Shown in pieces: positions 1 through 11,764 of a stretch of 64,000 nt of DNA; the stretch's first letter is position 1, and the number at the start of each line of letters is the position of its first letter. This DNA is from Macrostomum lignano (Eukaryota). Location: assembly GCA_002269645.1 (NCBI GenBank), contig NIVC01001217.1, positions 62,001 through 126,000 on the forward strand, written 5' to 3'. The position numbers and the translations under genes were made by a program. Below the pieces are notes generated by a model. The model saw only the letters and a list, made by a program, of their open reading frames with translations, was not told the DNA's origin and made no database searches.

Positions 1-1569
1 GATTTTGGAAAATCTGGAAAAAAAACATTTTTAGTATATGGATATGCATTCAAGTCTTCATAGTCGAACCGAAATTCGAGTTGGGGAATAGTGATTCAAC
101 GGGGTGGTGGTTTATAGCTTTTTGCGATTAGAATCCTTCTCTAGCTGTCTTCAAGCATAGCCCCGCCCCAATTGCTACTCGAGTCCCGAATGTATTACCG
201 CAGGTTTTAAACAGGTGTGCGTGTCAATTTTAATAGAAATCCACTCGACTACAGCTAGCTGAGAGCCGAGCGCTGTCCTGATCAGAAAACATCAACCTCC
301 CTATCCTCTCAGTGCCCCGCGGCTACTCCATACCGGATTGGATGTCAAGCAGCCCCTGCTATTGGGAGCTTAGCTCTGGACTCCCCTTCCTCCTCTTGCC
401 TCCCCACCCCACTCAATCCCCTTCCTGAATGCAGTGCATAATTCAGATCCCTGCAGTAAGTGAGCGCGGAACTAGGTGCGCTCGTGCTTCACTCGAGCTG
501 CTGCTTGCTGCTTCCCGTCTTCTAGAAGCAATAGCTAGCTAGAAAATTTCTGCTCCCCCATCCATCCGGCCCTGCCCAGCTTGCGACTCTCAGCCAGTCA
601 CTGCCAGAGCCGCGCAGTCTCCCCTGCATCGCCATATCTTCCTTCTATTGTCTGTCGCGCAACCCGCATTGCCGCCACCTGGCCTCTTCCCGGCTCCCTC
701 CCTCCCTCTCTCTCAATTTCGGAGTCTCCAATCTGGTGACGATTGCCAGAGCAAAGCCAGAAAGTAGGCGAAGCGACCGCAGCAGCCTAACTTCAAATCG
801 GTAAGTTTATATCGGTTACGCGGACGATCCTCACCCAGATCCTCAGTTTGATCCTCTCTCCGAATCCCCAGCTCTACAGTAGCTTTCAAATTCCCTCGGG
901 CCACGATTGCCTCATCTCCTGTGGGATTCTGCTTAGAGCCTTTGTTTCCGCCTCCGGCTCGATCCCTTTTTGATCCCCATCCAGTAGTTCCCCTCGGAAG
1001 GTGTAAAGGTAAGGGCAGAAATCAATTTTTCAAACTAATTGCTGTTCGATCCCAATAGCCCTGCTCCTACGCGGAACAAAGCGTAGGGGATTAAATATAT
1101 CCGTGATTTGCACCAAATATAGATGTTAGTAAATTATTGCCATTCAACAGAGCCGACAACTAAAACAGGTCAGTTTAACTATCGAGCATCAGGAGTAGAT
1201 GTTGCTCTGAAAATGGACTCAAAAAATCATCCCAGCCGCCCCTTTAGCTAGTCTAAGGACTCAATGAAATTGAGAGTGCATGGCAGTGCGCGGATAAACG
1301 GGGGCAAGTCAACACGCAACGCAAGAGGACTAGAATCTTTCTATGCTGTCAATTTAAACAGCTTTTAGTTCCCACAGTCTCGTCGCATTTTTGCCAATTA
1401 ATTTAGCTCTTCTCCCTTTCTCACGCCCCACTCTCAGCGGCTCCTAAACTCGGGATGTGCAGACAAAGCAGATTCTTCACGCAAACCCCTCAGAGACTTC
1501 ACAAACCCGACTTCAAGAAACCATTTCCACCAACCCTCTCCACGCTTAGACATTCTACTTAAAATTGCA

Positions 1570-1885
1570 GGGCTTGTAGCCTAGTGGTCAGAGCGTGGGA
1601 CTCACGACTTGAGGGTCAAGGGTTCGATTCCCGATCCCACTGGAACAATTTGTGTCCTTGAGCAAGACACTTAACTCTGCATTGCTTCAGTTCACCCAGC
1701 TGTAAAATGGGTGCCAGCATTAGCTGGGGTAATTGAGGGTGTGTGTGGCGACCCCCCAGTCCTTGGACTGAACAGCCGTACGCAGCCTTCAGATGCGCCG
1801 CGCAATAGCTGCGGCTGAGCTGATCTGCCCACCAGGGCAGGTGTAATCAGATATATATTATTGTAATTATAATTATTATTATAGT
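1570..1885 (+). mobile_element. tRNA-derived SINE with CORE/Meta-type central domain
   Basis: Head GGGCTTGTAGCCTAGTGGTCAGAGCG...GGGTTCGATTCCCG has Pol III A and B boxes but poorly paired anticodon and T arms. It is followed by TGTGTCCTTGAGCAAGACACTTAACTC...CAGCTGTAAAATGGG, resembling the MIR CORE consensus, and an AT-rich (ATT)n-like tail at about 1855-1885. Confidence 0.8.
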
Positions 1886-2729
1886 TGCAAACAGAATTCC
1901 ACAGAGAGGGGGAGTCCTCCCTAAAGAGTCTGGGCATTCAATCAGCAGATAAACTATAGAAAACATGCTTCTCTACTACGAGTAACAAACACGCTTGCGG
2001 TTGTAATCGCCTCCCAAAGGAAATGTGGCGCTTGTACCGTTAAATTATTATGATGGCGAAATTTCCCCGCTAGTCAACTAGAAATGCGATAATGGCTACA
2101 TATATTCTATCAAATCGATCCGAGATCGTACTAAAAGCCGTATAAAAGACTGGCAGGAATGACAAAACAATCTCTGTAATGCATCTCGGCCATAAGCTTG
2201 GCGGGATAAGGCGGGGTAGAGGGCGATGAGTTGGACAGACAAGAGACGGCTTGGTCCATAGCATAGCCATGCGCTGGTCTGGATATCCCAGCCCTGATAG
2301 GGTCGGCGCTTGCCATGAAATATTCATCAGTAGAATGCAGGGAGAGTGCATTCGCTAAATGCACGAAGGAAAAAATACTAGAATAGTATAGAATAAGAAA
2401 TTCTTCACATTAAAGACGGCGGAGAATTCACTCTGCGACTCGTTCTTGAGGTTGTAGACGAGTGGCTTGGCTCTGATTCCCAGCTCACGCACATGCTTGC
2501 TATATGCTGCACGAGCTGGCGAAATGCTGAGGCGACAGATGCTTGTATAATGCTGACTGACTATGTTGAGTGTGGGAAACTGACCAGCATGCCCCACCAG
2601 CGAATCTGAGTGTCCACTAATGCGTGTGGGGATCACACTGCACGGACTAGTGCTGAGAGTGTTCGGGCAAGTTCCCGTGCACCGAGTTCCTCTCGGTGCG
2701 GGCTGGAGTGAGCATTTCGGACAGGAATG

Positions 2730-2791
<62 letters not shown>

Positions 2792-3065
2792 CTAAGAAAG
2801 ACAGACAGACACTAAGAAAGACAGACAGACAGACACTAAGAAAGACAGACAGACACTAAGAAAGACAGACAGACAGACAGACAGACAGACACAGACAGAC
2901 AAGGCAGGGCAGGACAGGACAGGACAGGACAGGACAGGGCAGGACAGGACAGGACAGGACAGGACAGGACAGGACAGGACGGGACAGGACAGGACAGGAC
3001 AGGACGGGACAGGACAGGACAGGACAGGACAGCAGGACAGGACAGGACAGGACGGGAAGGCAGAC
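2730..3065. repeat. Compound microsatellite (CAGA)n then (CAGGA)n
   Basis: Directly visible tandem units. Confidence 0.95.
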
Positions 3066-3974
3066 ATGCAGCTGAATAGACGGATAAAATGGCAGGGTTC
3101 AGACTACTAGTATACAAAGGGCAAAAGATATTGAAAGCAGGCTAAAATGACGGAATCAGCCTTCTAAATTTTCCCAGCCGAAAACTGCTCAACCGTTTTG
3201 CACTTTTATAACTGCATTTTCGCTCAGCTTCAGTCTCAGCCATATTTCTGGGTCCGATGAAGCTCGCTCAATCACAATGGAGGCTGGAGCTCTGAATAGA
3301 ACGGGACTGAGAAAGACAGAAAATGCGAAACAGGAGCAGCATAGCTGAGAGCTCTGCTTATTACGCTTATTGTTCTCAAATTGAAATGCTCATTTTGGCC
3401 GATTCTGAATGATTTCTTGTGGGAGAATTTTAGGCAGGGATGTTCTGCCTCGTGTTCTTCATCATGTGAATGAAACACAGGCTGCAGGCGCCAAAACTGG
3501 ATAGCATTCTACAAAATTGGATAGCTCTAGACGCCAGGACTGCAAGTTAAGCAAAGCTGGCCGCGGTTAGTACACAGGGAGCGGCTATTGGCAAGTTGAA
3601 GTGAACTCCAATTCACCCTGCTATGATCGGACAGCAGCCCTGAGCCGCGGTAGACATGCAGGTTGCTTTCAAATTTTTGGCAATAGTTTCCACTCCAGAT
3701 GCTACGCCTAGTACTTCGTGACTGGGCGCGCGTTCACCCGTGAACTGAATTCTATAGAGCCATACTCTGGCTGCCAGTGGGATCCAACGGGATTAGGGTC
3801 AAATTTTTTTTGTGCGACCTGTTTTAGACATTTTCTGCAGCTGATCTCTACGTGATGAATGATGACTGGGGCACGAGTTTTGGACCAGCGACAGGACATG
3901 CGTTAAGAGCTCGTAAATCTTCTGATCTCCGGGTGACGCCAATTTTGACTGTCAATATTAGCGCCGACAACTTG

Positions 3975-4545
3975 GCGCCACCAGCTGATGCCAGTTTTGG
4001 CGCCACCAGCTAAGGTCGGTTTTGGCGCCTCCAGCTAATGTCAGTTTTGGCGCCACCAGTTGATTCCAGTTTTGGCGCCTCCAGCTGTGATGTCAGTTTT
4101 GGCGTCACCAGCTGATTTCAGTTTTGGCGCCTCCAGCTAATGTCAGTTTTGGCGCCACCAGTTGATTCCAGTTTTGGCGCCTCCAGCTGTGATGTCAGTT
4201 TTGGGCGCCACCAGCTGATGTCAGTTTTGGGCGCCACCAGCTGATGTCAGTTTTGGCGCCACCAGCTGATGTCAGTTTTGGGCGCCACCAGCTGATGTCA
4301 GTTTTGGGCGCCACCAGCTGATGTCAGTTTTGGGCGCCACCAGCTGATGTCAGTTTTGGGCGCCACCAGCTGATGTCAGTTTTGGCGCCACCAGCTGATG
4401 TCAGTTTTGGGCGCCACCAGCTGATGTAAGTTTTGGGCGCCACCAGCTGATGTAAGTTTTGGCGCCACCAGCTGATGTCAGTTTTGGGCGCCACCAGCTG
4501 ATGTAAGTTTTGGCGCCACCAGCTGATGTCAGTTTTGGCGCCAGA
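3975..4545. repeat. 24-26 bp minisatellite GGCGCCACCAGCTGATGTCAGTTTT(G)
   Basis: More than 20 near-identical tandem units ending about 80 bp before the ATG at 4624. Confidence 0.95.
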
Positions 4546-4623
4546 ACTGGCGTCAATTTAGGCGACTGCCCCTGACTCTTAGATCCCCTGACTCCCCTGA
4601 CAGTCTCCAGATCTGACTTCGCG

Positions 4624-5896
4624 ATGCACGCGGCTCTCCAAGCTGACGATCTCGCCGCCACGGAGGGGACGTCCGCAGGGTCCGAATCGACTGGCCGTCA
4701 GCGCCACCGCCAGCGCCGTCACTCATCGGGCGCCGATAGCCACAACGATGCCGACGTCGAAGGCGACATCGGCGGCTTCGCTCTTGACGACGTCGATTTG
4801 GCGCCGATGTCGACGCTGGAGCTGCTCAGCGGCGGCTCCGGCAAGGCCGCGGCGAATGTCGGCAGTGGCGGCGACGACATCGGCGGCGGCGGCGGCGATT
4901 ATCGAGGCGAGCCGGACCCGCCGACGGTGCTCATCGACTCGGAGGCCGGGCCGCCCACGGCCAAGCAGCGGCGTGTGGCGCGGATCGTCATGGCGGTGGC
5001 CTTCGCCCTGCTGGCCATGTGCGTCATCCTCATCGGCGTGACGCTGTCCATGTCCGACCGGGTGGACGAGATGGGTGAGCCGCTCCGCTCTCTGCTATCC
5101 GCTCTCTGCTATCCGCTCTCTGCTATCCGCTCTCTGCTATCCGCTCTCTGCTATCCGCTCTCTGCTATCCGCTCTCTGCTATCCGCTCTCTGCTATCCGC
5201 TCTCTGCTATCCGCTCTCTGCTATCCGCTCTCTGCTATCCGCTCTCTGCTACCCGTTATCTACTATTCCTTCCCTATTATATGTACAGTAGTCTTCGCTT
5301 CAAAAAAGTCTCTTTTGTTATACTGCACTCCCTCGTGACTCTCCAGCTCCCGCTCGCCTCCACTTGCTCTGCTTATATCGGCACTCCACCCTTCTTATCT
5401 GCTCACCCGCAAACGCTTATGCCTCCCATCCCCTCTACATCTCTGATTATTTTGGAAAAAAGGTTTCCATAGGCAAAACATATTTCAGCTTGTCATTGTG
5501 CGACAGCTTCTACAAGGAAGGAAACAAAAATGATTCATAAAGAAAGCCAGCAGCAGTGGCATGAAATTGCTTATTGTCCCAGCTTGGGGAGTAGCTCGAT
5601 CTTCATCAATCCAGGAGGCTGCAGTGATTGACAGGAAGCATAGAGTCGATCGTTGATAATTAAACTGTGTGAGAAAACATGTTAGAAATAACGAAACGTT
5701 ACGACTACTTAAAGTAAAAAATAGCGAAAACGTTAAAAAACATTACAATCATAATGTACACTACTAGAAGTAAAAATATTTGTTTTTTTAATTCGTCACA
5801 ACGCGACACGCGCCCATTGGTTTTGCAGACAAGCAGCGACGCCTCGCTGAGCAGCAGGAGAAGTCGGCCATGTCGCCACCAGCCGCGCAGCCCTGA
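4624..5896 (+). CDS. Small single-pass membrane protein of unknown family, 2 coding exons (4624-5074, 5829-5896)
   Basis: GC-rich coding-like exon with an acidic/Gly-rich disordered N-part, basic KQRR and hydrophobic helix IVMAVAFALLAMCVILIGVTLSMS. Donor ATGG|GTGAG at 5075 joins in phase to acceptor TTTTGCAG|AC at 5829, giving DKQRRLAEQQEKSAMSPPAAQP*. The track ORF 4624-5472 reads through into the intron repeat. Confidence 0.75.
5080..5250. repeat. 14-bp intronic minisatellite CCGCTCTCTGCTAT
   Basis: About 12 tandem units starting 5 bp after the 5' splice site. Confidence 0.95.
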
Positions 5897-6134
5897 CGCG
5901 ATGCGGTGAATGAGCTTACAGTCAGTCTGTCCGACGAGTGTGTAGCGAAGAAATGCGAGAATGTTAATTAAATTCTTTGTTGCTTACTGCATACCTCGGT
6001 TTTATCAAAAAAATATACTACTGACACGTGCGTGTACATCACACGGAGTTTTATAGCTTATCTTTTTTCGATGAACAGATTGAGGTGTTCCTACTCCTAT
6101 TTTGTGTTCGAACCATACGAGCGTAGATACTAGC

Positions 6135-6184
6135 CGTCTGTCTGTCTGTCTGTGTGTCTGTCTGTCTGTCTGTCTGTCTGTCTT

Positions 6185-6265
<81 letters not shown>

Positions 6266-6280
6266 TTATCTGTCTGTCGG
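6135..6280. repeat. (TCTG)n microsatellite
   Basis: Directly visible; reverse complement of the (CAGA)n array at 2730. Confidence 0.95.
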
Positions 6281-6547
6281 TCTATTATCGGCACAACACT
6301 TTATACCTATCCTGTTCATTTTAACTATATAACTGTTAATGTGGGTACAAGTACATGTAGATACAAATAGAAATTTTGATGACATGTCGAATGGTGTTCT
6401 GGTTTTAAAATCGAGCTTGCTGCATGGCCTCGGCAAACTATTTAAATTACATTAGGGGCCTCGGAAAAAATTCAGATCATCGCCGCGGGTCTGATGAGCT
6501 AAGGAAGGAGAGACAATTGAGCCTAGAGGAGAGTCAAGAGGAAAAAT

Positions 6548-6800
6548 GAGATGAGAGAGAGAGAGGAGATAAGAAAAGAGAGAAGAGAGAGAGAGGAGAT
6601 AAGAAAAGAGAGAAGAGAGAGAGAGGAGATAAGAAAAGAGAGAAGAGAGAGAGAGAGGAGATAAGAAAAGAGAGAAGAGAGAGAGAGAGAGAGAGAGGAG
6701 ATAAGAAAAGAGAGAAGAGAGAGAGAGAGGAGATAAGAAAAGAGAGAAGAGAGAGAGAGGAGATAAAAAAAGAGAGAAGAGAGAGAGAGAGGAGATGAGA
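6548..6800. repeat. Purine-rich array GAGGAGATAAGAAAAGAGAGAA(GA)n
   Basis: Tandem units of variable (GA)n length. Confidence 0.9.
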
Positions 6801-8020
6801 AGAGACACAAAGCCAGATAGAGAGGAGCTTCGCGGGCCGGAGTTTGCCAGCTCCTGCCTTTATTGGCGATCTCCATTTTGCAAAGCAAAAATTTTTACGC
6901 CAAACGGAACTGTTGATCATTTTTATTCATCTTTACAATGACATCAACGTTCACTAAAAATCGATCCAGCCAACCAAAAAAGGCTGGAGTCAGCCTAATG
7001 TTGGCTGAATATAGCCTGGGTTTGGGGGACGAGTTGCTGTTCTAGATTCTGGTCCTCGACAATTAAGAGGTGTCGTCGTTATATTATCAATCTTTTCATA
7101 TCTTATCAATTAAGAGGTGTGGTCGTTACAATTAAAATTTTTCTGCGTCAGCAAATTGTTTGTAGATAACCGAAGTATTTTTATCTGCTGGATTGTTGCA
7201 CCTGAGCCCAGATATTTCTGTCAAATTTGTGACGTTTTTTAGTGCAGACTACCAGCATGCAGTTATATGTAAATTTACATGGATACAATATTGCAGTTAA
7301 CTTACGCAAGGCAATTAGACGTTGCTTGTAGACAGTCTATTTATGCAATATTGTTAAGGAAAAAAGGCCTTTTACAAAAAATACAGACAAATCTAAAATC
7401 GATCTCGCTGTACCATGAATATTACTGGCAGTAGCAATGGTATTTTTATTATTTTATTATTTCTGTAATTCATCTGGCTTACAGGATTCTCTGTATTGCT
7501 CTCTGGATTCTTTATTCTAATGCCGTCTTCTTTAGGTGGCACCACATTTTCATATATACAGTATCAGCTGGAAGGTAAAAAAGTAGAGTACCAGTTTCTG
7601 CCTGGCCGTCTGAGAGAGTCATATGACGTGATTGCCACACTTTTTCTTCGGAATGTGTTATTGAAGTCAATCAGATTAATGCACGCAAATATTCTTCCAA
7701 GTAAAAAGATTATTTGTATAGCTATTATATTCGCAGTGTATCTGTCCTAATAGCTCTTACTTATTTTACATGCTAATAATGTTAATATGTACTGCAGGTA
7801 GAAGGGTCGCTAAATTCGATTTTCTATAAAATGAGACGGAGGCCAAAGGAACATCGAGCCATACACATTTATCGTATCGCTAGTGCATTTAATATGATCT
7901 AGAGACAAGAGCTGAATGGGTTTCGCCAAATAAACCAGAAAAATTCAGAAATCCGCGAAAAACATTCTAGTAGAGAGCAGCATGCACTAGCGATTCGACA
8001 AACATCGTTCCGTAAGAATC

Positions 8021-8199
8021 GGGGGCATCACAAATCCAAATATCAAATTCTCGAAGCACCTTAAATCATAAACCCGAAATATCACAAACCCTAAAAATCA
8101 TATTCTCGAAAATCCAAAATGCAGGCATGCTAATTAAGGATCGTTTATGATCGGAGGTGCGTTCGAGGTTGTGATTTTTAGGGTTTGTGATGGCGCCCC
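8021..8199. mobile_element. Short Mutator-like foldback MITE remnant
   Basis: Ends GGGGGCATCACAAA... and ...TTTGTGATGGCGCCCC are imperfect inverted repeats; flanks gtaagaatc (8012-8020) and ttacgaatc (8200-8208) look like a 9-bp TSD with 2 mismatches; shares the CACAAACCCTAAA subrepeat with the 12187 element. Confidence 0.55.
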
Positions 8200-9700
8200 T
8201 TACGAATCTCTAGCTCATTTCTAGAAAAATCGAATGTGGAGACAGTGGAGTCATACTGCACTCTGCAGTTTTTCAGGTAGTTAGCATGCATCCGTATTTA
8301 CATGTATATTCATGTGCAGAGATGCATGTACATTAGATTATTTCGATTTGCCATTTTTTAAACTCGCATAAGTCATTCATATGGTGCTTTTTAAAACTAA
8401 GTATTTAAAATATGAACTCCGCTGTTTATGTCTATGCTCCCCTGGAAGGACCCGTGCTGACCACTTAGTCGACAAATAAATTCGGCGACAGAGGGTGGAC
8501 AGAGATTCACCATGGACAAATTCGGCGAAAGCAAATTCAGCGACAATCTAATCAAATTTAGCATCATAATAATTCTGTATAACATTATCAATTATTTCAG
8601 TAAAATAGTGGCAAACAATGCATACTAGCTTTCTTTTTAATTGAGTTTGTTTTATCCATTATTTCCTGTACTTTTTAAAAGTTGCTTTCAAAGAAATGTT
8701 CATAATTCATTCTTAACTTAGACGCGCGACATCTGTCTATTTCGATCGATCACTCAGACTGATTCAGTTTCTTCTATTATAGGTCATGCAGCACTCAGGA
8801 GTTTAGTGGCTGGAGATTTAAGGCACTTGTTTGCACAGAAATCTCAATGGACCCTCATGTACAGCAGTAGTATCAATTGACAGTACTTCTCAATTTTCTC
8901 ATACATGTACGTTCTTGGTTTTTTGTCAGTAGAGTGTGCGTATGCACCCTAAATTTTGAAATCGCACCCTGAAATAGAAAAGTGCGTGCGGTTTAGGTGC
9001 GGTCTCATAACCTATTTTCCTTTTAAGGCGTAAGCCTCATTTAATAAAAGAAATTGCACTCTAAGCCCTAAAATCGCACCCTGAAATTGGGCACAGAGTG
9101 CGATTTTGCACCTTGTCTCTGGCGAAAAAAACAGTGTCACATTTTTCTGCTGTGCGCTCAGCTGACACTGCTGACGATGCACATCTCGTACTTAAGTTAA
9201 GTTATGTGTTGTGTTGTACTGTTATCGAAGGGGATGGGGTTGGTCTGACAGATGGCTTATATCTGAAGCCTTGGTTGCAATCATAAAATCAGACTTGAAG
9301 TCTTGTTGCCAAATTTGTGTTCGTTAAATTTGTCTGAGTTAAATTTCTGTTGCTGAATTTGTTTGTTATTGAATTTGCATGCATTCTTTTTCCTATGCTA
9401 TGAGATAATCTGACCTAGTCACTAGTGTAGTAGCTTTGATGTAGCAATCAATAAGCTGCTTAGCAAATTTCATAATTTATAGGTTTATAGCCCCCCTCCC
9501 TATTGAATAAATATTAGGATAGGCCTTAGGCTAGGCCTATAGCTATATTTTACAAAATTAAAAAATCCTAAGTTTTGTCAATCAAAGGATTCTTAAGATT
9601 GAAATATTCCATACTTTGCCAATCCTAAGATCCCAACTATTTGAACCAGGATCTTAGGGTCCCAGGGTTGAACATTTTTAAATCTATATTAGGGCCTAGC

Positions 9701-10294
9701 CATAGTCAGGATCATGTCATGGTATACGCTGGAATAAAAAGTCCCCTAAAAAATCTACGCCACTTCATACTGAAACGTACGCCAAGGTCCTAGGAACTTA
9801 CGCCAGGTTTTCTAGGCTTTACGACAATAAATGACCTTTTTTGCATGTTACACATTTTTCTTCAAATAAATTATTTAACAAATGTGTGGTTTTCATTTAA
9901 AGTAGGGCCTAAATTGGCTTACAGATAATGCCAACAAAAAAATCAATTTTTGTTTAAGTTTTTTTAAAAAATTACACAATTAGTTTGCATAGAATTTTTT
10001 ATTTTTATAAATCACAAATGGTTATAAACTTTCATCTTATGAGTTTTATGGTTTTTATGATTTTATAATAAGATTCTGAGGTTATAGCGTTATGCCAACA
10101 ATTGTTAATATTAACTTTGGCATGAAGGTTGGAGTTGGCATATGAGCTGCTTGGCATATTTACATCATGGCATCACGCCAAAAGGTATGCCAAATATATT
10201 TTGCCTCATTTTTATGCCAATTGTACACCAAAAAAGTAAAATTTTCAATTGTACGCCAGAAATTTCCGGCATATTATACATCATCCTGACTATA
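9701..10294. mobile_element. Non-autonomous DNA transposon (MITE) with CATAG terminus
   Basis: Left CATAGTCAGGATCATG...GCTGGAA and right TTCCGGC...ATCCTGACTATA are inverted repeats; internal TACGCCA subrepeats; no clean TSD seen. Confidence 0.5.
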
Positions 10295-11764
10295 GGGGCC
10301 TTAGGGCCTAATAGTACAATTTTGGTTTATAAAGCCATCTAATTTGATATAAAAATTTGTAAACAAGAAACTTATTGTAAGCTCTAAATTGGAATGTGAT
10401 ATATAGACTAGTATATATAAACCTAATAGATGTGCTTTTTACATGTTAGTATCGCTATCAGCTTAGAAAAACACATTTGATTATAACATAATTGAGTTTA
10501 GTTTATAAAGCAATAGCCTAAGGAAGGCCTAGGCCTATTGATATTAGGATAAAAAGAAATCAAACATCACCCTCCTAGGCAGTCCTATGGCCATGGCATC
10601 TACTATAGAACCTTCTTAAATAGAAAATTAGTAGCTTAGAGTTATGGTCTAATAACAAAAACTAGAATTTTTATTCTGACATAGGCTTATTCTTGCTATT
10701 ATTGTTGGTAGGTTTGTTGGTAGTTTTTGACTAGAAATGCAACTTATATATAAAAGAAATGTAAGGAAAGTTTAACATAATTTTGGGTAAATGGCAAGAA
10801 TAACTATGACTTTATTATTAAGGCTAAATGCCTCATTATCTAATTAATAACTGTGCATATATTTTTTGTATAAACATTTTTGCAACTTACATTGGCTAGG
10901 TAATATGCATATATGGTCTTCAATAAGGAAGAAAGAGGCTTGTTTCTTGGCGCTAAGAAAATAGATTAAGCCATGAAATATTATTAGGCTGGCAAGCATT
11001 GTCTAGGAACAAGTTGGGCCCAAGATAATGGAGCTAGTCTCAGTTGAAAGCTAGGCAGTAGTGGACAAAGTGCTTCATATTTTTATTCTTAAGGTTGCAA
11101 AAGGGGCAAAGTTTGCCCTAATGGTTGCCTTAAAGGAAACAGTGCTTAGAAAAGCAGCCATGACCTATGAAAGTCATTGTGAGAGTGTAGATATCTTTTC
11201 AATTCTCATTCAAAACAATTCTCTGAGACTTGATAGATTGGGCACAGCCACTTGAGAATATCATCCTATCTGCATAAGTGCAGGGTATCCACCTAGTCAT
11301 TAATCCAATCCTTAGGCATTACTAAGATTAGATGGTCATGGCCTTCTTAACACTGTATGTATATTTCTAATATCTATGGGTACTTCATTTCACTTTGATC
11401 TTGTTAGTATTCTATCAGTAGTATATATGGTGTGTTTTCCTTCTACTTCATTGAAAAAGTATATGCTTATTAAAGAGCTTATTTACTACGAGCTCTTTAA
11501 TCTTTAATCTTTAAAATGATATGTATAAAATAGCATTAATTTTTTAACATTAAAATCTATATAGATCACTTGAACTTTAATCAAATCTAATTAATATACT
11601 TTGAAATATTATTGAATATTGGAATTTTTGTTTATTGCTATACTGCATGATAATAAAGTTTATATCTTGGGCCCAGTCATCTAGAATAAGTGAATTTAAA
11701 ACGTTATTCAAGTTTACAAACAGCAAGTAAAGAAGTCCTGTCATTTCCCACTCTGCTAGCACTC

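Noticed and set aside
1-1500. Moderately GC-rich unique sequence, possible retroelement or promoter
   Set aside because: No LTR pair, PBS, TIR or convincing ORF visible within the window.
1570-1642. tRNA-Val(CAC) gene
   Set aside because: Anticodon and T stems are mispaired, there is no oligo-T terminator, and the sequence continues into a SINE body.
6470-6540. Hammerhead ribozyme core (CTGATGAG)
   Set aside because: No GAAA and no stems II/III at the proper spacing.
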